Assembly: GCA_018645365.1 (NCBI GenBank) | Contig: JABGOP010000001.1 | Coordinates: 80,118-144,117 of the forward strand | Length of the DNA: 64,000 nt | Direction of reading: 5' to 3' | DNA from: Candidatus Cloacimonadota bacterium | GTDB taxonomy: Bacteria > Cloacimonadota > Cloacimonadia > Cloacimonadales > TCS61 | Shown: piece by piece, positions 19,344 through 31,547 of the stretch | Position numbering within the stretch: position 1 is the stretch's first letter | Layout of the letters: the number at the start of each line of letters is the position of its first letter | Made by a program: the position numbers and the translations under genes | The notes under the pieces: generated by a model | What the model saw: the letters and a program-made list of their open reading frames with translations, nothing else | Database searches by the model: none | What the model was told of the DNA's origin: nothing

Positions 19344-20009
19344 ATGGAAAATAATCTACTGACTTTGAAAAAAGCGGCTTCTTTATTGAAGGTAACAGAT
19401 TCGGTAATTAGTGAAATGATAAATTCTGGAGTTTTTCAAATAACTACAGAAAGAGGTGTAAAAAAAATCAAGAAAGAAGAGATTGATGACTGGCTCGCGA
19501 ATTTAAAAGAGTCTGAACTCGAAGATTTAGCGTTAAAAAAATCAATCAAACGCTTTGGTGATTATTTTTGCAAAACTAATATTCTTACAAAGTTTGATGC
19601 AAATAATAAATATGAAGCAATCGGTGAAATGGCAAAATTCACAAAACAACAAAAAATAGTGAAAGATCATCGATGGTTGTACAAAGTACTCATCGCACGC
19701 GAGGAACTTATTTCAACCGCTATTGGCGATGGTGTAGCCCTTTTACATCCGCGTCAAATAAGAACAACAAAAATAGAAAAACCTACCATTTTATTGGGCC
19801 GCTCAACAACAGCAATCGAATTTGACGCCATCGATGAAAAACCAGTTGATTTATTTTTCGTACTACTTCTACATAACGACGCACAACATCTTTTTGCAAT
19901 AAGTTATCTTTCGAGGTTATTGAGAGATCGTAAAATAATTGAAAAAATTAGAAAAGCAAAAACAAATAAAGACATTCATGCACTATTAATCCAAAAAAAC
20001 AAAAAATAG
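19344..20009 (+). CDS. HTH (excisionase/MerR-type) fused to a PTS EIIA type-2 (PtsN-like) domain
   Basis: N-terminal LLTLKKAASLLKVTDSVISEMINSG. EIIA-2 active-site region GDGVALLHPR. AGGAGG lies 5 nt before the ATG at 19344. Confidence 0.7.
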   Translation: MENNLLTLKKAASLLKVTDSVISEMINSGVFQITTERGVKKIKKEEIDDWLANLKESELEDLALKKSIKRFGDYFCKTNILTKFDANNKYEAIGEMAKFTKQQKIVKDHRWLYKVLIAREELISTAIGDGVALLHPRQIRTTKIEKPTILLGRSTTAIEFDAIDEKPVDLFFVLLLHNDAQHLFAISYLSRLLRDRKIIEKIRKAKTNKDIHALLIQKNKK

Positions 20010-20036
20010 ATGTTTCACGTGAAACATCTATTTTTT
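20007..20036. terminator. bidirectional terminator: perfect 24-nt palindrome TAGATGTTTCACGTGAAACATCTA plus a T-run
   Basis: 12-bp arms. The stop codons of both convergent genes (TAG 20007-20009 and complement of 20028-20030) sit inside the stem. TTTTTT follows on the plus strand, and an A-rich run precedes it. Confidence 0.75.
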
Positions 20037-21175
20037 GCTATCACGAATCCATCTTAATGCACGCCAATAATTACTTGATGAATTCCATAAAATATAACCA
20101 TCTGCATGGACATTTCGCACGGCTTCTATCTGTGATAAAATATACTCTTCGTTATAATTTACTCTATACCCAAATGCCTGAATATATGGAATAACTTTGC
20201 ATTCTGAATGCTTTTGTGCTAATTTCGTAGCTTGGTAGGTAATGTAGTATGGTTCATTCTCTATATTTTCCCTGTGTCCAAAATTTGAATTAAAGTGAGA
20301 TGAGTATAACATCGGGTGAATAGCATCGAGAACTTGCGTTATTCTCCGTATATTTTGACCCGTATTTGACACATCCACTGCGCGCTGCCAAGCGACAATG
20401 GCAAACACATCTGCAGTTAATTTAACCCCATAATCCTTACAAATCAATTGCAAACCCTTAATAAAATCAACAATAATATCTTCTTTGTTGCGGAAAACAT
20501 ACAGTGAATCTGAAACACTTAACAATGAATCTTCTTTTTGAAAATAAAATTTTGCGGCCGACAATTTTCCGCCCGTGGGAAATCGAATGTAATCAAGTTG
20601 AATTTCATCAACTCCATTTTTGCAAACATATTGAACTAAATCCTGCAATCTTTGTTGCACTTTTGGGTGTGATGAATCTAACCATGACGCTTTTCTTCGT
20701 TTACTTTCGCGCCAAGCTGTGGAATCTACCTTTTGGGGTCGTAATGTGCTATCTATTTTCGCTACATATTGGTCATGAAACATAACTATGCGAGCAACTG
20801 CCTTCATATTGCGGGCGTGAAGCGCATCGGCTACGTCATTAATGTCAATTATCGGTTTTATGTTTTCTCGCGACAGGGGCTCTATTTGGGGGTAATTAAC
20901 GAAGATATCACCATCCATGTTTTTTACGTCGAAAACTACCGTATTTATTCCAGCTTCTGAAGCACTATCTAAAATGGTTTGAAATTTTTTGGAAGCAACC
21001 GTCCAACCAGTTAAATAAATTCCTTCCGTAAAATCTGGATCTGCAAATATTTCTGTTTGCTTAATTTCAACTTTTGAAGATTCCTCTCCTAGAACACCTT
21101 GAACATTATTTTTTTTACTTGGTTTATCGCACCCTATCAATAAAAAAAGTAAGAAAATAAAAATTGAAATCTTCA

Positions 21176-21176
<1 letters not shown>
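20028..21176 (-). CDS. putative glycoside-hydrolase-like TIM-barrel lipoprotein (DUF4015-like)
   Basis: Lipobox LLIGCD. GINTVVFDVKNMDG and VDEIQLDYIRFP blocks resemble the DUF4015 family. The start shares nt 21176 with the atpC stop. Confidence 0.55.
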
Positions 21177-23836
<2,660 letters not shown>

Positions 23837-23844
23837 AAATTATC

Positions 23845-25344
23845 CTAAAATTTCTGCAAAACCTCTTCGCAAATTTTACGCATCTCTTCTTTTCGCTCAT
23901 CAGTTAATTTACCTTTCACCATTTCGACCATAAAATCTTGATATTTCAAATCGAGAGTTGAGAAAAGTTCTTCTTCCACTTTCTTCACATCGTTAATTTC
24001 CACTTTATCCAAAAATCCTTCATTTGCCATAAAAATAATGAATATTTGCTTTGCAACTGGAAGTGGTGAATATTGATTTTGTTTCAAAATCTCTACCAAT
24101 CGTTCACCACGACGCAACTGATTTTGTGTGATTTGATCAAGATCAGAACCAAATTTAGCAAATGCCTTCAACTCATCATATTGAGCTAAATTCAATCGAA
24201 GCTGACCAACTACATTTTTCATCGCTTTAATTTGAGCAGAACCACCCACACGAGATACCGAAAGTCCAGCATTAATCGCAGGTTTCACGCCTGAATGAAA
24301 AAGACGGCTTCCTAAATAAATTTGCCCATCTGTAATGGAAATCACATTCGTAGGAATATAAGCTGTAATATCATCAGCTTGAGTTTCAATAATCGGAAGT
24401 GCTGTTAACGAACCGCCACCCAATTTGTCATTTAACTTAGAAGCGCGCTCCAAAAGGCGTGAATGAAGGTAAAATACATCACCTGGATATGCCTCGCGTC
24501 CCGGCGGTCTTCGTAGTAAAAGCGAAAGTTCACGATACGCCACCGCATGCTTAGAAAGATCATCATAAACAATGAGGGCGTGTTGACCTTTATCGCGGAA
24601 ATATTCCCCCATCGAAGCACCTGAATATGGCGATAAATACTGCAATGATGATGAATCTGATGCTGATGCTGAAACAATTACAGTATATTCCATTGCACCG
24701 TGTGATTCCAATATTTTTACTAATTTTGCAATCGATGATTTTTTCTGTCCAATTGCAACATAAATGCACACTACATCTGTATTTTTTTGATTTATTATCG
24801 TGTCAATAGCGATGGCTGTTTTACCTGTTTGACGGTCACCAATAATTAGTTCGCGTTGACCTCTACCAATTGGGATCATCGCATCAACCGATTTTAAACC
24901 TGTTTGTAACGGTTCTTTTACCGGCTGTCTTTGAATAATCCCCAAAGCTTTTCGTTCAACCTTAAAATGATCATCTGGCACAATTTCACCTTTACCATCA
25001 ATTGGTTGCCCAAGAGCATTTACCACGCGCCCTAAAACATTTTTCCCGACTGGAACCTCTAAAATTCGTTTCGTTCTTTTGGCAATGTCGCCCTCTTTAA
25101 CTTTGTGTGTTTCACCAAAAAGGATACATCCCACATTATCTTCTTCCAAGTTCAAAGCCATTCCCACAACGCCATTTGGGAATTCAATCATCTCACCCGC
25201 CATCACATTTTCCATGCCATAAACGCGCGCGATACCATCACCAACCTGAACCACTTTTCCTGTTTCGGCGATATCTATTTCAAATTTGAAATTTTTGATT
25301 TTTTCTTTCAAAATTGCACTTATTTCGTCTGGTTGTATTTTCAT
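23845..25344 (-). CDS. atpA: F-type ATP synthase alpha subunit
   Basis: GDRQTGKTA Walker A and full-length similarity. Confidence 0.97.
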   Translation of the reverse strand: MKIQPDEISAILKEKIKNFKFEIDIAETGKVVQVGDGIARVYGMENVMAGEMIEFPNGVVGMALNLEEDNVGCILFGETHKVKEGDIAKRTKRILEVPVGKNVLGRVVNALGQPIDGKGEIVPDDHFKVERKALGIIQRQPVKEPLQTGLKSVDAMIPIGRGQRELIIGDRQTGKTAIAIDTIINQKNTDVVCIYVAIGQKKSSIAKLVKILESHGAMEYTVIVSASASDSSSLQYLSPYSGASMGEYFRDKGQHALIVYDDLSKHAVAYRELSLLLRRPPGREAYPGDVFYLHSRLLERASKLNDKLGGGSLTALPIIETQADDITAYIPTNVISITDGQIYLGSRLFHSGVKPAINAGLSVSRVGGSAQIKAMKNVVGQLRLNLAQYDELKAFAKFGSDLDQITQNQLRRGERLVEILKQNQYSPLPVAKQIFIIFMANEGFLDKVEINDVKKVEEELFSTLDLKYQDFMVEMVKGKLTDERKEEMRKICEEVLQKF

Positions 25345-25352
25345 ACTGACCT

Positions 25353-25880
25353 CTATCTTTTTATTAATTTTATCAAGTTATTTTTGATTGAACCGTCGAT
25401 TGATATAGATTCTGTCTCAGCTACAAAACCACCAATTATCTCGGGCTGAATTTGAACTGTCAAAACAATTTTTTTTTGTAAAATATCGCTAATTTTTACA
25501 GAAATTTTTGCCATCATTTCGTCAGATTGTTGACGAGCTATTTTCAGCAAGACCTTTATTTTTCCGTTCTCATTCAAAATTTTAACTTCCAAATCATCTA
25601 AAATTTTTGAAATAATTCTAAAACGATTTTTCTTCACCAGAATTTCAAATAAATTCGACCAAATATCTTGAAATAGTAAATTTGGGGGAATTTGCTTAAC
25701 CAATTCAATGCGATTTTTTCGCGAAAACAAAAGGGAATCTGCCGATTTTGCCAAATTACTGCTTTGATTAAAGAGCTGTTGTAATACATTAATGTCACAC
25801 AAAATACCATTATAATCTTTCGGCTCGACACAACCAATTATCGCTTTTGAGTAACGCTCTGCAACTAATTTATTCTTCAT
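25353..25880 (-). CDS. atpH: F-type ATP synthase delta (OSCP) subunit
   Basis: 175 aa, located between atpF and atpA. ERYSKAI start and a C-terminal IGGFV....SIDGSIKN block. Confidence 0.8.
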   Translation of the reverse strand: MKNKLVAERYSKAIIGCVEPKDYNGILCDINVLQQLFNQSSNLAKSADSLLFSRKNRIELVKQIPPNLLFQDIWSNLFEILVKKNRFRIISKILDDLEVKILNENGKIKVLLKIARQQSDEMMAKISVKISDILQKKIVLTVQIQPEIIGGFVAETESISIDGSIKNNLIKLIKR

Positions 25881-26355
25881 TTTTATCGTCAGAAATTATT
25901 TTACTAATCATCTTTTTATCGTTTTCTACATCGATTTTTTCAGAAAGAAACTTTGCGGATAACTCAGTCACTAATTCACTCAAATCACCCTCAATTTCCT
26001 TCATTACCTTATCGCGCTCGTGAGCTAATTGGTCTTCCGTATCTTTGAGGATTTTCTTCTCTTGTGTGTGAGCATTATCCACAATTTCGGAAGCCTGCTT
26101 ATCTGCATCTCGTTTCGCCAATTGCTTCATTTTTCGAATATCTTCGGCAGACTGCTTTAGCTCTTCATGCTTTTGCTCGACTAATTTTTCCGATTTCACT
26201 TTATTTCCAGAAGCATCATCAATATCGGAAGCAATTTTTTGCTCACGCTCGGCGAGAAACTTCTTAATCGGTTTGTAAAGCATCTTATTCAAAACAATTA
26301 GCAATAAAATAAAATTCAAAATAACGATGATAAAAGCATAATTTATACTTATCAT
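25870..26355 (-). CDS. atpF: F-type ATP synthase b subunit
   Basis: Single N-terminal TM followed by a long charged helix. The ATG at 26355 lies behind GGGAGAGGG; the ORF-track TTG at 26367 is an alternative. Confidence 0.85.
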   Translation of the reverse strand: MISINYAFIIVILNFILLLIVLNKMLYKPIKKFLAEREQKIASDIDDASGNKVKSEKLVEQKHEELKQSAEDIRKMKQLAKRDADKQASEIVDNAHTQEKKILKDTEDQLAHERDKVMKEIEGDLSELVTELSAKFLSEKIDVENDKKMISKIISDDKNEE

Positions 26356-26378
26356 ACCCTCTCCCAATAATTAAAATT

Positions 26379-26633
26379 TTATGTTGAGAATATCAAAAGA
26401 AGTGCAATTACAAGTGAATAGATACCAGTAGATTCTGATACAGCCTGACCAACAAGCATTGTTCGTGTAATTAAACTTGCATTTTCGGGCGAGCGTGCAA
26501 TTCCTTCACAGGCTTTTCCAGCCACAAAACCTTCACCGACTCCGGGTCCCAATGCACCCATTCCCATACATAAACCAGCTCCTAATAATGCTGATGCCTT
26601 CACAATTCCTGCTGCTAATGTGATGTTTTCCAT
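26379..26633 (-). CDS. atpE: F-type ATP synthase c subunit (monomeric hairpin)
   Basis: 84 aa. GALGPGVGEGFVAGKA helix 1, RSPE loop, and VGQAVSESTGIYSLVIALLLIF helix 2. Confidence 0.95.
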   Translation of the reverse strand: MENITLAAGIVKASALLGAGLCMGMGALGPGVGEGFVAGKACEGIARSPENASLITRTMLVGQAVSESTGIYSLVIALLLIFST

Positions 26634-26661
26634 GTTTCCTCCGTTTATCTTTTTATATTTT

Positions 26662-27408
26662 TTATACTGCGAATATCAATAAAAATGCCACAACTAATGA
26701 ATAAATCGCCGTTGATTCCGATACGGCTGCACCTACAAACATTGTTCTCATGATGGAAGCTTTTTCATCTGGAAAACGCCCAATCATATTATTTGCCCTA
26801 CCGGCCACATAGCCAATTCCAGCACCCGGTCCAATCGTGCCAAAACCAATAGACAAGCCCGCTCCCAAGAACGCGACCGATTTGAATATAAGGCGTCCAA
26901 TTGAAATACCTTCTTCCGGATTAGGAACTGAATAAAGTAAGAGCAGTGAAACAACTAACGCAAAAATTGCCGAAGTTTGCGAAAGTGCCTGACCAATCAA
27001 CATATTCCCCATTATCGCATTACTGTGTTTAGGCATTCTTGCGATAGATTTACACGCCTCGCCGCCAGAATAACCCGCCCCAATTGATGGGCCGATCGAG
27101 CCAATTCCAATCGCTACACCAGCAGATAAAAGAGCTGCTACTTTAAACCAACCGCCCTCCGCAACATCGAAACCACCGTAAATAAGTAGCATCGAGACAA
27201 CTAACGCAAAAATTCCAGCCGTTTGGGCTGCTGCTTGACCAATCAGCATTGTGCGAAAAATTGATTCGTTTGCTTTCGGCTGAGTCACGATTGCTTTTGC
27301 ACCTTCACCAGCAATAATCCCTGAACCAATCCCAGTAGTAACAGCACCGATTCCAACGCTAATTCCTGCTCCCAAATACGCCGCAATTCTAATATATTCA
27401 ACCATCAT
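26662..27408 (-). CDS. triplicated c-subunit: three fused c hairpins (six predicted TM helices) in one polypeptide
   Basis: 248 aa. Three consecutive units of about 80 aa, each alignable to the neighbouring atpE. The ion-binding position is Q62, Q144 and E231. Confidence 0.85.
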   Translation of the reverse strand: MMVEYIRIAAYLGAGISVGIGAVTTGIGSGIIAGEGAKAIVTQPKANESIFRTMLIGQAAAQTAGIFALVVSMLLIYGGFDVAEGGWFKVAALLSAGVAIGIGSIGPSIGAGYSGGEACKSIARMPKHSNAIMGNMLIGQALSQTSAIFALVVSLLLLYSVPNPEEGISIGRLIFKSVAFLGAGLSIGFGTIGPGAGIGYVAGRANNMIGRFPDEKASIMRTMFVGAAVSESTAIYSLVVAFLLIFAV

Positions 27409-27411
27409 TTT

Positions 27412-28326
27412 CTACTCCGAAATTTCCACACCGATGTAGGTGAGAGCTAACATTGTGAACACAAACGCTTGGATTGTTCCTACAAAAATTCCAAAAAATA
27501 AGTTTAATCCAACCGGGAAAACTATAAACTTTACCAACGATGAAACAACCAAAATGATGATTGCACCGCCCAATACATTTCCAAAAAGTCGGAATGATAT
27601 CGAAACAACCTTAGAGATTTCACCAACCAAATCCAAAATAAAAAGTGGGTTCTTGATTGGATTAAAATAATTTTGTAAATGATGCCATAATCCCTTTACT
27701 TTTATGGCGGTTGCGTGAACTACAACTACCGCTATAAAACCTAATCCAAGCGGAACATTCAAGTTTCTCGTTGGCTCCATAAACCCTGGAATTGGCACTA
27801 ATCCAATCATATTACACACCCAAATAAAAATGAATAGCGTAACGATGTAAGGCGTAAAGTGACGCTTCTCTTTCCCGAGAGTTTCCACCACAAATTCTTC
27901 CAGTAACACATAAATCATTTCGAACATAATTTGCGGTTTAGATGGCCTTGTGAAAAGTTTTTTACGAATTAAATAAGCCATCAAAAGCAACACCATATCT
28001 ACAATTAATAACATTCGTAAAAGATTAAAGGTGCCAACTGCTGTTGCCTCTCCAAATATTGTTTTGAAAAAATTATAAATTTTTTCGGAGTTATAAATTT
28101 TGGGTATTTCACCGATTTGACGGTAATGTTCATCAATTTGAAATTCTTCTGTAATTTTTTCTTGAAGATCGAAGTGAGTTGCTTCATTTTTGACGATAAA
28201 CTTACCGTCATCAAAGCCTATTTTCAGCTCTTTACTGAAATTACCAGAAAATGCCACAATCGCAATTTCAATTGCGATAAAAATCAAAAAAATCTTCAAT
28301 GTCGGACTTAACTTCTTTTTTGCCAT
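27412..28326 (-). CDS. atpB: F-type ATP synthase a subunit
   Basis: Polytopic. Conserved SFRLFGNVLGG (essential Arg) and the C-terminal helices. Has a long N-terminal extension. Confidence 0.9.
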   Translation of the reverse strand: MAKKKLSPTLKIFLIFIAIEIAIVAFSGNFSKELKIGFDDGKFIVKNEATHFDLQEKITEEFQIDEHYRQIGEIPKIYNSEKIYNFFKTIFGEATAVGTFNLLRMLLIVDMVLLLMAYLIRKKLFTRPSKPQIMFEMIYVLLEEFVVETLGKEKRHFTPYIVTLFIFIWVCNMIGLVPIPGFMEPTRNLNVPLGLGFIAVVVVHATAIKVKGLWHHLQNYFNPIKNPLFILDLVGEISKVVSISFRLFGNVLGGAIIILVVSSLVKFIVFPVGLNLFFGIFVGTIQAFVFTMLALTYIGVEISE

Positions 28327-28336
28327 CTTATCCCTT

Positions 28337-28696
28337 TTATTTTTTCATTTTCAAATAAATTTCATATAGATAAATCGCCATTTGGGAAGACATTAACCCT
28401 AATCCAAAAGTGATTATATTCGGTTTCACAACCCCCATAATAATCAGCGTATAGACCATCAAAAACATATAACGCAAAAGCGAATTTTTCACTGTCTTAA
28501 TTTTTGTTTTTGAAGGAAATAAGTCTAAATTTTTTGCCAAATTCATTGCCAACCACCAAAAGCTAATTGCACTCGCAACTGAACCCAAAATCCAACCTAA
28601 CGCATCCTTAAAAAACAAAGGCAAAATCGAAATAGCAATCACATCTGTCAAGAAAATTATAAATATTACACACTGAACATATTTGATAGTGTTCAT
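28337..28696 (-). CDS. atpI: ATP synthase subunit I-like membrane protein
   Basis: 119 aa and polytopic, positioned immediately upstream of atpB. Confidence 0.5.
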   Translation of the reverse strand: MNTIKYVQCVIFIIFLTDVIAISILPLFFKDALGWILGSVASAISFWWLAMNLAKNLDLFPSKTKIKTVKNSLLRYMFLMVYTLIIMGVVKPNIITFGLGLMSSQMAIYLYEIYLKMKK

Positions 28697-28926
28697 GTTT
28701 TTTTTTTCAAAATCCTATAAGCCATAAAAATTCCTAAAAATACACCCAAAATAACACCGAAAGGAATCAGTTTACCACCAAAAGCAAATTTTCTGTCCAA
28801 AAATAAAAAGATTAAAAACATAAATAACATTGAACCGATAACCGTCAAACCCAATTGTGAAACCATCTCAAAATAGACAATAATCTCTTTATTTTGAAGT
28901 TTATTTAGATTCAATTTTTTCTTCAT
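28693..28926 (-). CDS. AtpZ/AtpI-family small membrane protein
   Basis: 77 aa with two TMs, at the head of the atp operon. Overlaps atpI by 4 nt. Confidence 0.5.
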   Translation of the reverse strand: MKKKLNLNKLQNKEIIVYFEMVSQLGLTVIGSMLFMFLIFLFLDRKFAFGGKLIPFGVILGVFLGIFMAYRILKKKT

Positions 28927-29257
28927 TTTTCATCTTACTAGCACCATTAAAAATAGCACCGGAATGGATTTTTACAATTTTAGCCACCACATCGCCCTGT
29001 AAATTAGCGGAACTATTCAATTCTAAACCACTCTCTACCGTTACATTGCCAGATACATTCCCAGCAATAAGACATTCAGACGCAACAATGCTACCTTTTA
29101 CACTGCCAAATTCACTTACTGTTATGAATCCATCTGACTCTACATTTCCCTCTATTTTTCCATCAATACGAAGACCGCCAATGGCTTTCAAATCACCTAT
29201 AAATTCACTATCTTCCCCTATAATCGTAGAAAGTTCTATTCTTCTATTTCGTGCCAA
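28901..29257 (-). CDS. bactofilin (polymer-forming cytoskeletal protein)
   Basis: Repetitive beta-helix pattern: IGEDSEFIGDLKAIGGLRIDGKIEGNVESDGFITVSEFGSVKGSIVASECLIAGNVSGNV. TTG start follows AGGAGG. The 3' end overlaps the AtpZ-like gene by 26 nt. Confidence 0.85.
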   Translation of the reverse strand: MARNRRIELSTIIGEDSEFIGDLKAIGGLRIDGKIEGNVESDGFITVSEFGSVKGSIVASECLIAGNVSGNVTVESGLELNSSANLQGDVVAKIVKIHSGAIFNGASKMKNEEKIESK

Positions 29258-29310
29258 AATGCCTCCTTTTGGTGTTTCATAACGAGATAAACTCGCAACT
29301 TAACTAAATG

Positions 29311-29943
29311 TTAATATTCTAATATTTCTAATTTATCATCCGTAATTAGCTCAATACTTTTCCCGTCTTTGATAATTTCAAAATGCAAATGTGGGGCAGA
29401 GCTAAAACCAGTATTGCCAATTTTAGCTATCTGTTGTCCTTTTTTTACAAACTCGTTTTTTGTCGCAAAAATTTCGGATAGATGTGCATAAAATGTGATG
29501 TAGTCAAAATGATTGACCAGTATAGATTTGCCGAAATATTCATCTTCGTAAATTGAAATTATAACACCAGATGCTGCGGCAATTACGGGCGTTCCAGTTG
29601 GTGCAGCATAATCGACCGCCGGATGCTTTTTACTGTATTTTTGACTAATCGCATAATCACCTTCAATTGGACATAAATTTGGCATAAAATCATTCTTTAT
29701 TAGCTTCTTTTTTTTTATGCTCTCAACGGTAATTAATGATATTTCTGATTTTTCGGAAGTGATGTATCTTTTTAAAAGTTGACGGATTTGCTGGTCATTT
29801 TTTTTGTCATTTTTTTCTATTGATAGCAATTCTGACAGTTTCCAAAACTCACTTTTACATTCTTGAATTTGCTGTTTCATTTTATCATTTTGAATTAATA
29901 AACCAACCAAAAAAATACTTAAAATTACGATGATTATTTTCAT
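29311..29943 (-). CDS. M23 peptidase, membrane anchored
   Basis: N-terminal TM. HPAVDYAAPTGTPVIAAASGVI and GNTGFSSAPHLHFEI motifs. Confidence 0.85.
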   Translation of the reverse strand: MKIIIVILSIFLVGLLIQNDKMKQQIQECKSEFWKLSELLSIEKNDKKNDQQIRQLLKRYITSEKSEISLITVESIKKKKLIKNDFMPNLCPIEGDYAISQKYSKKHPAVDYAAPTGTPVIAAASGVIISIYEDEYFGKSILVNHFDYITFYAHLSEIFATKNEFVKKGQQIAKIGNTGFSSAPHLHFEIIKDGKSIELITDDKLEILEY

Positions 29944-30785
29944 TTTTTAAGTTTTTCGATTATTTGTTGTAATTTCTCGAAAGATTTGTAATGAATTGTA
30001 ATTTTACCAAAATTTTCTTTGCCAATAATCTTGATTTTTGTTTGAAAAATATCTGCTAATTCAGTTTCGAATTTGTTAAATTGTTGTGATTGTGGAGCGG
30101 TTGCTTTTTTAGAAAAATCTCTATTTTTCATCTTTTTTGCGGTCTCTTCTGCTTTTCGAACCGACATTTTATGTTTCAAAATCGTATCCGCAAAATCTTG
30201 TCGCAAATGTTCTTCTACCTGCAAAATAGTGCGGGCGTGCCCTGTCGATAATTTCTTTTTTAAAATTAATTTCTGAATATTACCATTTAGCTTCAATAAT
30301 CGAATTAAATTGGTAACGGTGGCACGATCTTTTGCTACCATTTTGGCAATTTGACCATGCGTTAAGCCAAAATCTTCACTCAGTTTTTGATATGCTTTTG
30401 CTTCCTCTATCGCACTTAAATTCTCACGTTGCACGTTTTCGATGATAGCAAATTGCAGTTGTTCTTTCGGTGAAACAGAGCGAATTATTACTGGAATTTC
30501 GGTAAATCCAGCAATTTTGGAAGCTTCCAAGCGCCTTTCACCCGCAATTAACTCATACTTTGAATTGTCTTTTTTGGTAACAATTATCGGTTGAATAATA
30601 CCACTTTCTCGTAAAGAATTTGCCAATTCTTCCAATTTTTCTTGATCAAATTCGATGCGTGGCTGAAACTTATTCGGCGAAATATCTGCAACTTTTACGG
30701 TTGTAATTCCGGTTGTTTTATCCACCGATTCCGAGCTTGAACCGATGAGTGCATCTAAACCTTTTCCCAGTCTTGAGTTTTTCAT
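29940..30785 (-). CDS. parB: chromosome partitioning protein ParB
   Basis: ParB box LIAGERRLEAS and HTH region LTHGQIAKMVAKDRATVTN. Located downstream of parA. Confidence 0.93.
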   Translation of the reverse strand: MKNSRLGKGLDALIGSSSESVDKTTGITTVKVADISPNKFQPRIEFDQEKLEELANSLRESGIIQPIIVTKKDNSKYELIAGERRLEASKIAGFTEIPVIIRSVSPKEQLQFAIIENVQRENLSAIEEAKAYQKLSEDFGLTHGQIAKMVAKDRATVTNLIRLLKLNGNIQKLILKKKLSTGHARTILQVEEHLRQDFADTILKHKMSVRKAEETAKKMKNRDFSKKATAPQSQQFNKFETELADIFQTKIKIIGKENFGKITIHYKSFEKLQQIIEKLKK

Positions 30786-31537
30786 CTTAGAATTACCTCC
30801 TTTGCCAAAGCCAGGTAATTTACCGCACCACGTGACTTTATGTCATAATGGAAAATAGATTTTCCAAAACTAGGCGCTTCACTTAATTTCACACTACGGT
30901 GAACAACTGTATCAAAAACTTGTTCGCGAAAATACCTTCTCACCTCTTTCGCAACCTGCTGAGACAAATTTAATCTTTTATCGTAAAGAGTCAAAACCAC
31001 TCCCAAAATATTTAAATTTGTGTTCAAATTTCGCTTTATCAAACGCACCGTGTTGATGAGTTGACTAACACCCTCAAGGGCGTAATATTCACACTGAATC
31101 GGGATAATCACATCGCTACAAGCAGAAAGTGCATTGACGGTAAGAAGCCCCAAAGATGGTGGACAGTCGAGCAAAATATAGTCGTAATTTGCTTCAATTT
31201 TCTGGAGAATTTTCTTCAGTTTATACTCGCGTGAAAATTCTTTTACAAGTTCAATTTCGGCACCCGTTAAGTCCATATTTGAAGATATAACATCTAAGTG
31301 TTTCAAGATTGGAGACGGCTTTATCACCTCCGCTATCTCAGTTTTACCAATTAGTGCCTCATAAATATTGGGGCTTTTTTTTTCGACACCGACTCCACTT
31401 GAAGCATTCCCTTGTGGGTCAAAATCTACTAAAAGTGTCTTTTTCTCAAAAATCGCCAAGGCTGATGCTAAATTTATGGCAGTTGTGGTCTTGCCTACAC
31501 CGCCCTTTTGGTTTACAATCGCAATTATTTTTGCCAT
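30782..31537 (-). CDS. parA: chromosome partitioning ATPase ParA/Soj
   Basis: Deviant Walker A NQKGGVGKTTTAINLA and DCPPSLG. Confidence 0.95.
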   Translation of the reverse strand: MAKIIAIVNQKGGVGKTTTAINLASALAIFEKKTLLVDFDPQGNASSGVGVEKKSPNIYEALIGKTEIAEVIKPSPILKHLDVISSNMDLTGAEIELVKEFSREYKLKKILQKIEANYDYILLDCPPSLGLLTVNALSACSDVIIPIQCEYYALEGVSQLINTVRLIKRNLNTNLNILGVVLTLYDKRLNLSQQVAKEVRRYFREQVFDTVVHRSVKLSEAPSFGKSIFHYDIKSRGAVNYLALAKEVILR

Positions 31538-31547
31538 AATTTTTCAA

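Noticed and set aside
30320-30335. Sigma-54 promoter-like TGGCACGATCTTTTGC, and a similar GGCACC...TGCT at about 51835
   Set aside because: The GG-to-GC spacing is one nucleotide too long in both. Both lie inside coding regions, on the strand opposite to the local genes.
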